Positions 52,201 through 58,528 of a DNA stretch of 58,528 nucleotides are shown one piece after another. The stretch is taken from contig CAIJYR010000110.1 in the NCBI GenBank assembly GCA_903824965.1, positions 1 to 58,528 on the forward strand. Reading direction: 5' to 3'. Below the pieces are notes generated by a model. It had not been told where the DNA came from, searched no databases, and saw nothing but the letters and a program-made list of their open reading frames with translations. The stretch is from an uncultured Thiotrichales bacterium. GTDB lineage: Bacteria; Pseudomonadota; Gammaproteobacteria; CAIRSR01. Each line of letters starts with the position of its first letter. The stretch's first letter is position 1. Made by a program: the position numbers and the translations under genes.

Positions 52201-53264
52201 TGACCTTGGAGCTGGATCGGCTCACCCTCGTGGACAATGTGGAAAAACACACCAAAAAAGACACCCCCGAAGAGACCTCCACCGACCCCCGGCATCTGCC
52301 TCCCTTCCAGATCCGTTGTGCCGATCTACACCTCGCTTCGGTGATCCAACAGGAACAGGGCAAAGAGAAAACAACCAAAACGGAGGACATGCCCCTAGGA
52401 CGCTTGGAAATCACTACACGCCCCGACCCAGAGGGTATGACCATCACAGGTCTGCACCTACACGCGCCCACCTTTCAGATCGATGGTACGGGATCTTGGC
52501 ATACGCAACGGTCTGATCACCTGCATGAGGGTGGGCAGCACTCTTCTTTTGATCTCACTTCTTTCGATCTCAGTCTGGATACGCCAAACCTCGGAAATGC
52601 ACTCAATACCCTTGGATACGCAGGGACGCTAGAGGGCGGCGTAGGAAAAGCGAGCCTTCATACCGAGTGGCCTGGCGCTCCGAGTGCCTTTGCGGTCGAA
52701 CCTATGATGGGTACCCTCGCGATTACATTGGACAAAGGACGGTTGGTGCATGTGAATCCAGGGAGTACCGGTCGAATCTTTGGTCTCCTGAGTCTGCAAG
52801 CCTTGCCAAGACGCCTGGCCTTCGATTTCAGCGATGTGTTCCGCAAAGGACTGAGCTTCGATCGGATGCACGGCGACTTTCGGATTGATCACGGCAACGC
52901 ATACAGCGACAACCTTGAACTTCGTGGGCCAGCGGCGAACATTGCGGTAGAGGGACGTACCGGATTGATCGCACGAGACTACGACCAAGTGGTGACGGTC
53001 ACACCGAATGTCGGTGGAACCTTGCCCCTTGCGGGTGCTTTGGCAGCAGGCAGTGTTGGTTTGGGATTCGGGGTGGGGGCGGCGATTGTCCTGGCGCAAC
53101 AACTCTTCCAATCCCAACCCCTCCAGCCCCTCCGACACCTGATTCCCTTCGGACTCGATCAAATCACCAACATCCGCTATACCTTGCGCGGATCGTGGTA
53201 CCATCCCGTGATGGAGCCATTGCGCGTAGAAGCTTCTGAGAAAAAAAACCACACTAATCCCTAA
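49263..53264 (+). CDS. yhdP: YhdP/AsmA2-family large envelope protein (DUF3971 + AsmA_2 C-terminus)
   Basis: Trimmed to ATG 49263 (N-terminal anchor MMRLLRALWLLCWSVFATSVIVAAVALSLIRLLLP). The C-terminus is GRIFGLLSLQALPRRLAFDFSDVFRKGLSFDRMHGDFRIDHGNAYSDNLELRGPAANI. Length is 1333 aa. Confidence 0.85.
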   Translation: MMRLLRALWLLCWSVFATSVIVAAVALSLIRLLLPMAQNYREDIAAWISSAVGHEVHIAGLDARWSGVRPVLQLRGVTIASMQTGLIEIDTVDVSLGIAASQHTWRLVPSRLSIVHPRITLFAHSASQPFEHPFAGFAGFAGWPLGASRVRVEDARVCVDTRELRGCFTGNASLRSDGNRLMGEADLRLSAPWGKTVHFALDAYTNDNVWAGAWYLETKGLHLAPWIHRWYPTVVVDGFLNLRVWGNLALTQCEGVIDRLLIQADDTSEGSRTLAEMVDGFSWKKETAGWQVDIAGLRPLGTPGGATVQVQRDVQNLWVRAGNISLKEVAFLASLDGVLEGKTATLMRALSPQGQLAELRLHLPLAESSVEHPADNPSENPTAGLSLSTWKNVDLQTRFTDVSVRPWQGIPGIEALSGSLRIVNGTGSLDFEDLHGTLYLASLFATPWAIDRLTGSLTVQQDSLGWHLTAPNLVLANPDLALKAGGRLFLPSTGLSPGLLGIGLSPRLDIEASFSRGDGSRLSTYLPRRIMPYRAAAWLDRSILAGKIREGTVHFHGHVADFPFDHNEGTFVVNAQITGGEVSYAPDWPALHALDVTLGFHGRAMEIQAEGGRILDSALDPTSVVISDLDHEPPLLQIRGRVHGPLADVPRLLKETPLVHRYGPYVATLEGKGKMSLTLGVDMYTKKPIEMSRLEGHLDLQKNDLRWHDPDVALEGTSGSLAFSTEGIHGQQIETHLFGLPVQLSVQSQRAAGGHSTTVMEVRGTLEPNTLKTYLPPALLKRCRGQTSWQATITLPEIPPGGKAMPVVQVASDLRGLALDLPEPLAKSAEQPQPLQLQTALGGNQHKIQISYGTLASATLELDKDSTFLQGDVRLGKATTTPPKISMPRPAGLYLAADLTKTRLEDWLDLASGLGGTTDSHRTALGFGMDAKIGDLRVGSYDFHGVALSAGSQGEGWEAHFNAQETTGRLHGSGAGGMGLTLELDRLTLVDNVEKHTKKDTPEETSTDPRHLPPFQIRCADLHLASVIQQEQGKEKTTKTEDMPLGRLEITTRPDPEGMTITGLHLHAPTFQIDGTGSWHTQRSDHLHEGGQHSSFDLTSFDLSLDTPNLGNALNTLGYAGTLEGGVGKASLHTEWPGAPSAFAVEPMMGTLAITLDKGRLVHVNPGSTGRIFGLLSLQALPRRLAFDFSDVFRKGLSFDRMHGDFRIDHGNAYSDNLELRGPAANIAVEGRTGLIARDYDQVVTVTPNVGGTLPLAGALAAGSVGLGFGVGAAIVLAQQLFQSQPLQPLRHLIPFGLDQITNIRYTLRGSWYHPVMEPLRVEASEKKNHTNP

Positions 53265-53403
53265 TCAAAACAACCCAAAGGATCACCCTTCTTCGCACTT
53301 CCTCACACAAGAGTGCGGCATCTTGACAGGGATCAGGCGTACACTGGATTGCAGTGGGGGAGCAAAGAGCAGCCGTTCTATCAACACATTCTAAGGGTTA
53401 ATC

Positions 53404-53895
53404 ATGAGAAGCAGACGACCTTTTTTTACCGCAGTGACCTTGGGTATTTTGCTCGCTACGGGTACGGGAGACAGTGCGGTTGCCTGTAGTATGCACGATG
53501 GGATGCACGATGGGATGCAGGGTGGGATGCACCAAGAAGGCAGAATGGGCGCTGGCTTTCTGGAACGCGTTTATGAACTGAAAGACTTGACCCAAGAGCA
53601 GCGCAAAAAAGTGGATGCGTTGCGTGATAAGATCCGTGCTCAAATGGATGAGGGACGTCTGAATCGCCGTGCTTTGCAAGATGCACTGCGCGACAAAGTA
53701 CCCCTTGAACAACTCAAGCCACTGGCAGAAAAGCAGGGGCAGAATCTAGCAGCCATGATCGTACTGCATGCAGAGACCCGTGCAGCGTTGGAGCAGATCC
53801 TCACCAAAGCACAACAGGAGGAGATCGCAGAAGGCGGGCACGAAGGACATAGGCACGGGCATCATACTCACGGAGAGAACGCCTCCAGTGAGTAG
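53404..53895 (+). CDS. CpxP/Spy/ZraP-family periplasmic protein (LTxxQ motif) with His/Met-rich termini
   Basis: A signal peptide and an LTQEQRKKVDALRDKIRAQM (LTxxQ) helical core are present. The N-terminus is MHDGMHDGMQGGMHQEGRMG and the C-terminus is GGHEGHRHGHHTHGEN. Confidence 0.7.
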   Translation: MRSRRPFFTAVTLGILLATGTGDSAVACSMHDGMHDGMQGGMHQEGRMGAGFLERVYELKDLTQEQRKKVDALRDKIRAQMDEGRLNRRALQDALRDKVPLEQLKPLAEKQGQNLAAMIVLHAETRAALEQILTKAQQEEIAEGGHEGHRHGHHTHGENASSE

Positions 53896-54065
53896 GGCGG
53901 CGAGTAGGGTCGGTGGTAGGTAGGGAGACAGGATCGATCGCCTGCCTCTCCCTTGGACAGGGAACTGTTTTTCGGTTATCGTGTCGTCAGGTGGGTGTCG
54001 CAGGTTTTTTGGTGTGCATGCTGGGTTATCACCCCCACCGAGCGTGTCCCAGAGAACCAGGTTAC

Positions 54066-54105
54066 ACCTACCTGACGACGTGATGCCCGTTTCTCGGAGA
54101 CTCCG
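54066..54105 (+). promoter_or_regulatory. leader motif copy D
   Basis: ...GCCCGTTTCTCGGAGACTCCG-ATG. The upstream arm 54065-54080 pairs with 53983-53997 as a 15-bp long-range helix. Confidence 0.35.
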
Positions 54106-54450
54106 ATGAATCGTGAAAAATCAACTCTTTTGTGTACTGTGATTGCAGCCCTGATGACCCTGATGGTCTTGGTTGCTGCACCTGCGGTTGCCGGTGAGGG
54201 TCGGCATCATCATGGGTATTATCATGGTTGGTGGTGGGTACCCGCCGCTGCATGGCCGCTCTATGCCTATCCGTATGCCTACCGTACCTCGCCGGTCGTG
54301 GTAGTGGAGTCGGGTGTACCGACAGAATCCATGGTGGCGGCACAACCTGTACAGTATTGGTATTATTGCGATCCTGCGAGAGGCTATTATCCCTACGTAC
54401 CGACATGCCCGACTGCTTGGCGGCCGGTGCCTGCGACCCCACCACAGTGA
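54106..54450 (+). CDS. small secreted Trp/Tyr/Pro-rich protein with C-terminal YWYYC...YYPYV..CP..W motif
   Basis: 114 aa with a signal peptide (LLCTVIAALMTLMVLVAAPAVAG), HHHGYYHGWWW, and a C-terminal QYWYYCDPARGYYPYVPTCPTAWRPV. Confidence 0.6.
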   Translation: MNREKSTLLCTVIAALMTLMVLVAAPAVAGEGRHHHGYYHGWWWVPAAAWPLYAYPYAYRTSPVVVVESGVPTESMVAAQPVQYWYYCDPARGYYPYVPTCPTAWRPVPATPPQ

Positions 54451-54487
54451 GAAACCAGTGCTCAAAACGGGAGGCAGCGTGTACAAA

Positions 54488-54994
54488 ATGGGTTTGTTTT
54501 TGCTGGTTGTGACGCTTCTTGGCGGCTGTGTGGTTGCGCCCCAAGCGCCACGAACGACGGCGGTGATGCCTGCGCCGGGAAAGTCTTTTGAGCAATTCAC
54601 CGCAGAGGATCGTGAGTGTCGCGATTGGGCAGGGCAATCGACTGGCAACCACACGGAGAATGGACAGCAAGCTTTTGTAAACTCTGCTGTGTTAGGTACT
54701 GCGGTAGGTGCGGTGGCTGGTGCGCTGATAGGGGGTAACAGCGGTGCTGCAGCTGGTGCTGGTGGTGGGCTTCTCTTTGGCAGCATGATGGGTGCTGACC
54801 AGGCAGAGCGCACGGAGCACGATGCCCAACGCCGCTACGACATTGCCTACCAACAGTGTATGTACTCGAAGGGCAACCAAGTCAAGGGCTATGCCCGTCC
54901 GTCTGCCGCAATACCGCCACCCCCACCCCGAGATGGGTATGCACCACCCATGGACGAGTATCCACCCGCTTCTTGGCCGCCACCGAATCGGTAG
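54488..54994 (+). CDS. glycine-zipper lipoprotein
   Basis: Trimmed to ATG 54488 (lipobox LLGGC). The glycine zipper is AVLGTAVGAVAGALIGGNSGAAAGAGGGLLFGSMMG, and the C-terminus is Pro-rich. Confidence 0.7.
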   Translation: MGLFLLVVTLLGGCVVAPQAPRTTAVMPAPGKSFEQFTAEDRECRDWAGQSTGNHTENGQQAFVNSAVLGTAVGAVAGALIGGNSGAAAGAGGGLLFGSMMGADQAERTEHDAQRRYDIAYQQCMYSKGNQVKGYARPSAAIPPPPPRDGYAPPMDEYPPASWPPPNR

Positions 54995-55006
54995 CCCCTC
55001 GTAACC

Positions 55007-55041
55007 CGTGCCCGATGTTTTGATCGGGCACGCCTTTTTTT
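55007..55041 (+). terminator. rho-independent terminator
   Basis: GTGCCCGAT-GTTTTG-ATCGGGCAC followed by GCCTTTTTTT. Confidence 0.8.
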
Positions 55042-55068
55042 GTCCCTGTCGATTGGTCGCAGTCACAT

Positions 55069-56400
55069 ATGAAGATTACGGTTTTTGGCGCTGGATACGT
55101 CGGGCTGGTGACGGGTGCTTGCCTCGCAGAGGTGGGCAACCAGGTGTTGGGTGTGGACGTCGATGAACGAAAAATCGCGCTGCTGCAGAGGGGCGAGACG
55201 CCTATCTACGAGCCTGGTCTACATGGATTGTTGCGTAGCAACCTGGAGACGGGTCGCTTGTCCTTTACGACGGATGCTGCTGCGGGCGTTGCTCACGGTA
55301 TTTTCCAATTTATTGCGGTGGGCACCCCCCCGGACGAGGATGGATCCGCTGACTTGCAGTATGTGCTGGCGGTGGCCAAGACCCTCGGCGAGCAAATGGC
55401 GGACTATCGGGTAATTGTCGATAAATCCACGGTTCCCGTAGGCACCGCAGACAAAGTGCGTCAAACCGTGAAAGATGCCTTGGCCATACGTGGTGTCGAG
55501 ATCCCGTTTGATGTCGTTTCTAACCCTGAGTTCCTCAAAGAAGGCGCTGCTATCGAGGATTTCATGAAGCCCGATCGCATTGTCATCGGCACGGACAATC
55601 CACGTACCACGGAATTGCTACGTGCCCTATATGCACCGTTTAACCGCAATCGAGATCGGTTGGTTGCCATGGACATTCGTTCTGCAGAACTGACGAAATA
55701 CGCTGCCAATGCCATGTTGGCCACAAAAATCAGCTTTATGAACGAATTATCCCATCTGGCGGAACGGTTGGGTGCAGACATTGAAAAGGTTCGCATCGGC
55801 ATTGGATCGGATACCCGCATTGGGTATCACTTTATCTATCCGGGTTGTGGGTATGGTGGTTCTTGCTTTCCAAAAGATGTCCAGGCATTGGAACGCACGG
55901 CACGCGAGGTAGGGTATACGGCGGAGTTGTTGCGTGCTGTCGAATCGGTCAACCTCCGTCAAAAGGCGGTGTTGTTTCATAAAATACAGGAATACTTCCA
56001 GAACGATCTTGCCGGACGAACCATTGCCCTCTGGGGATTGGCTTTTAAGCCCAATACGGACGACATGCGCGAGGCACCAAGCCGTACCTTGATGGAGGCG
56101 CTCTGGGAACACGGCGCGAACGTTCGGGCATACGATCCGGAAGCTCACCACGAAGCACGGCGAATCTACGGCACACATCCCAAATTGGTTTTATGCGAAA
56201 CGCTGTATACAGCCCTAGAAGGGGCTGATGTTTTGGCTGTCGTCACCGAGTGGAATGTCTTTCGTAGTCCTGATTTTCATCGGATACGTGGCTTGCTGAC
56301 CTTTCCTGTGATTTTCGATGGCCGTAATCTCTATGATCGGCATGTGTTGGCCAAAGAAGGAATCGCCCACTATCCCATCGGATGTGCACCGACCCGCTGA
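55069..56400 (+). CDS. ugd: UDP-glucose 6-dehydrogenase
   Basis: [40 protein letters not shown] (catalytic Cys) and [13 protein letters not shown]; 443 aa. Confidence 0.95.
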   Translation: MKITVFGAGYVGLVTGACLAEVGNQVLGVDVDERKIALLQRGETPIYEPGLHGLLRSNLETGRLSFTTDAAAGVAHGIFQFIAVGTPPDEDGSADLQYVLAVAKTLGEQMADYRVIVDKSTVPVGTADKVRQTVKDALAIRGVEIPFDVVSNPEFLKEGAAIEDFMKPDRIVIGTDNPRTTELLRALYAPFNRNRDRLVAMDIRSAELTKYAANAMLATKISFMNELSHLAERLGADIEKVRIGIGSDTRIGYHFIYPGCGYGGSCFPKDVQALERTAREVGYTAELLRAVESVNLRQKAVLFHKIQEYFQNDLAGRTIALWGLAFKPNTDDMREAPSRTLMEALWEHGANVRAYDPEAHHEARRIYGTHPKLVLCETLYTALEGADVLAVVTEWNVFRSPDFHRIRGLLTFPVIFDGRNLYDRHVLAKEGIAHYPIGCAPTR

Positions 56401-57135
56401 TTACTGCTGCCGCTGCCCCAGATTGGCGTGAATAATGGCATCGTTCAAAACAGGTTGGGTGGCTGCAAAATAAATCGTCTGTGCAATTTCCTTTGGATCG
56501 ACCAAACGATGATGGCCGTTTCCGCTTTTGATCTGTTCGAGCACAGACTCGTCGTGGTTCAATTGTGAACGTAACATGGGAGTGTCCGTAAAACCAGGAC
56601 ACACACAAGCGGTATGAATCCCTGTATCCAATAGATCTTGACAGGTTGCACGCATCATACCGATGGTGGCATGTTTGGAGGTTACATAACTGAATGCGCG
56701 GGGAACCGCCTTTTCAGACAAAGTTGAACCTACATACAGGATGGAAGAACCAGGTTTCATGAGTGGAATTAGCATCTGATTCAAGATGGCTGGGGCCACC
56801 ACATTGATCTCCAGTATTTTTCTGAAAGGATCGGGCTGGATTTGAGAGACGCTGTCCTTTTCTAAAGTCGCCGCATTGTGAACTAGAACAATCCGATCCG
56901 CCTTTTCTAGGTACGGCATCAAGCGAGGTTTTAAAATATGCTCGAAGCCGTTTTGTGCGAGATCGGTGGTGAGGGTAAGTACGCCTTTGTGCGTTGATAC
57001 CCTTCTTGACAGGTTCACAACCGTGAAATGGTGCTGCAAGAATATCTCTGCAGTCGCAGCACCAATGCCGCTGCTAGCACCGGTGATTACCAGGAAATCC
57101 TTTTTAGAGTATTGAGTCACGTTTCTTTTCTCCAA
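56401..57135 (-). CDS. SDR-family reductase (sepiapterin-reductase-like by context)
   Basis: LVITGASSGIGAATA and YVTSKHA (YxxxK); 244 aa. It overlaps the PTPS gene by 19 nt. Its stop abuts the ugd stop with no spacer. Confidence 0.8.
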   Translation of the reverse strand: MEKRNVTQYSKKDFLVITGASSGIGAATAEIFLQHHFTVVNLSRRVSTHKGVLTLTTDLAQNGFEHILKPRLMPYLEKADRIVLVHNAATLEKDSVSQIQPDPFRKILEINVVAPAILNQMLIPLMKPGSSILYVGSTLSEKAVPRAFSYVTSKHATIGMMRATCQDLLDTGIHTACVCPGFTDTPMLRSQLNHDESVLEQIKSGNGHHRLVDPKEIAQTIYFAATQPVLNDAIIHANLGQRQQ

Positions 57136-57620
57136 ATGCTTGCGCCGGATTGTCCTGGGCCAGAGAAGATTTTTACTTCTATTAGGCCGATGATTTCCTT
57201 ATGACCTGGAGGCACATCTAGCAGCAGTTTTTGTAAGAACCAATAGGACAACTCTTCCACCGTAATGTTCCGCAGAGGAAGCAACTTGACGTCCCTTTTT
57301 AAGAAACAGAGTTTTTCCTTGTCGGCATTAAAATAAGCATAGACATATTCGCTGCCTTCTGCGACTCTCAAATAAGGACTGTTGGTTGGCAGTAATACTA
57401 CTTCATCGAGTGATTTGCAAATATTTCTTATAAAGTTCTTATACAAACTATAATTAAAAGAAAGACCACTTTCCGGTACTTCGGCCTCTAGGATGACGTT
57501 GAGGAAATAATTATGACCATGCAGATTCTCTCTTTCCTCTCTGGAAAAGATGCAGAAATGGCCCGCAGAGAACTTCATATCCTGTTTGCATATCTCGATT
57601 CTTGTCAATCGCTTGCTCAT
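57117..57620 (-). CDS. 6-pyruvoyl-tetrahydropterin / 6-carboxy-tetrahydropterin synthase family protein (PTPS/QueD-like)
   Basis: FSAGHFCIFSREERENLHGHNYFLNV (zinc-binding His triad pattern HxxxxxxxxxxxHGHNY); 167 aa; AT-rich. Confidence 0.8.
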   Translation of the reverse strand: MSKRLTRIEICKQDMKFSAGHFCIFSREERENLHGHNYFLNVILEAEVPESGLSFNYSLYKNFIRNICKSLDEVVLLPTNSPYLRVAEGSEYVYAYFNADKEKLCFLKRDVKLLPLRNITVEELSYWFLQKLLLDVPPGHKEIIGLIEVKIFSGPGQSGASIWRKET

Positions 57621-57782
57621 TGCAAAACACTCAATGGCCCTTGTATTAAACCCATAACTCTGAGAAAGGCTTGGTATGGGTTGATTGTGTCAAAACGACA
57701 GTACATTCCAGAAAGATGACAGGGAATCATCACGTTGAAAACATAGGTGTATATGGGCAACAGAATCTTTGGGAGGGAGGGG

Positions 57783-58283
57783 CTACACGTAGACATTCGG
57801 AATTGGTTTCTTGTTCCAGCTTTTCAATCTTTCTAATGAAACATATTTGCGGTGGTATGCGTTCTTTCCTTGTGCTTCGTCTAAGTAACTTTTGCGAACT
57901 TCTACGAGGTCTGTTTCCCGATCAAGGCTAGCGATAAACCAATCGTCTTCCTCGACTCCATTGGATCGAACTACCCTAACGCGCAGGCTTCCTTCTTGTT
58001 GTTCTCGGATGGCACGAAGGATGTTTCTTGCTTCCCATCGATTCAGAAAGGAATCGTCAACCCTGCATTTATTGCGTTCTTTGAAGGCGAGTTCCATTTC
58101 TGCTTTTGCAGCATCCATCTGGTTTTCCGTCACCTCCAGCCGTGCACCGCCTTCCATGAGTTCGATGGAAGAGAGTGCTCGAATGGCCTCCATTTCTAAG
58201 ACCGTCGTGCCTGAGGGCAGTGCTGTGGTCTCAGGAGCAGGTGTTGGCTTCCTGCGAGGAAATAAATGTTCGAAGGGTCTCAT
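57783..58283 (-). CDS. hypothetical protein (helical/charged), unknown function
   Basis: Trimmed to ATG 58283 (MRPFEHLF...) because leader motif B with its GGAG SD lies immediately upstream. 166 aa; no family recognised. Confidence 0.5.
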   Translation of the reverse strand: MRPFEHLFPRRKPTPAPETTALPSGTTVLEMEAIRALSSIELMEGGARLEVTENQMDAAKAEMELAFKERNKCRVDDSFLNRWEARNILRAIREQQEGSLRVRVVRSNGVEEDDWFIASLDRETDLVEVRKSYLDEAQGKNAYHRKYVSLERLKSWNKKPIPNVYV

Positions 58284-58335
58284 CACTGTCTCCGAGAAAC
58301 CCCACACTTCAGGGCGGGGAGGACATGGAGGCGGC
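58284..58335 (-). promoter_or_regulatory. leader motif copy B
   Basis: The minus strand reads GCCGCCTCCATGTCCTCCCCGCCCTGAAGTGTGGGGTTTCTCGGAGACAGTG-ATG. The GGGGTTTCTCGGAGAC 16-mer is identical to copy A. Confidence 0.4.
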
Positions 58336-58528
58336 ACCACAAAAAGAAAGGCCCACGCTATCACGAATGGGCCTTGGAGACAAGATTGAGCCTTGTCCAA
58401 TGTGAGATGAGCCTGAACGAGAGGGTGTGTTTCCAGCGTGAGGTGAGCCTGGAGGTGCGAGAGTTGGGATCATGGAGACATGATCGTGACCCTACATACC
58501 CAAAGACTACAGACGCTGACACAGGTAC

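Overview
This 58.5-kb chromosomal segment comes from a Gram-negative, proteobacterial-type genome of moderately high GC (judged by eye). No rRNA genes, tRNA genes, CRISPR arrays, transposases or integrases were recognised. Conserved housekeeping blocks are present: ABC-2 permease-rodZ-ispG-hisS-GNAT-rsmD; tatD-obg-rpmA-rplU; rhodanese-bioC-RDD; dedA-yhdP; and ugd. Accessory modules are interspersed between them.

(1) The most notable module is a compact hybrid NRPS-PKS gene cluster at about 12.3-29.3 kb. It encodes an NRPS (carrier, class-III aminotransferase, C, A, PCP) and a type I PKS (KS-AT-KR-carrier). It also encodes a DUF697 protein, a SyrD-like cyclic-peptide ABC exporter and a type II thioesterase. 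The last four genes form an FkbH/ACP/acyl-CoA dehydrogenase/3-hydroxyacyl-CoA dehydrogenase cassette with no O-methyltransferase, which predicts a hydroxymalonyl-ACP or glyceryl-derived unit. No in-line loading or release domain is present.

(2) An LRR-Roc-COR (ROCO) GTPase gene sits isolated between repeat elements.

(3) A 2069-aa protein is built from three tandem [TPR array + GT9-like glycosyltransferase] modules plus a C-terminal FkbM-type methyltransferase.

(4) A family of at least 9 REP/MITE-like palindromic elements is mostly arranged as head-to-head pairs, exactly at the junctions of the accessory genes.

(5) A roughly 430-nt intergenic element rich in GNRA-capped hairpins lies at 5.68-6.11 kb and is bracketed by a 14-nt direct repeat. 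Its 3' part recurs upstream of an adenylate cyclase-FHA gene.

(6) A conserved 'hairpin + GTTTCTCGGAGAC + 4-12 nt + ATG' translation-initiation motif occurs at six loci, mostly in front of small secreted or unknown proteins.

All functional calls come from motif and family recognition by eye, so coordinates of domains and non-coding elements are approximate. Several ORF-track starts were trimmed to internal start codons supported by homology-like N-termini, SD sequences or stop/start overlaps.
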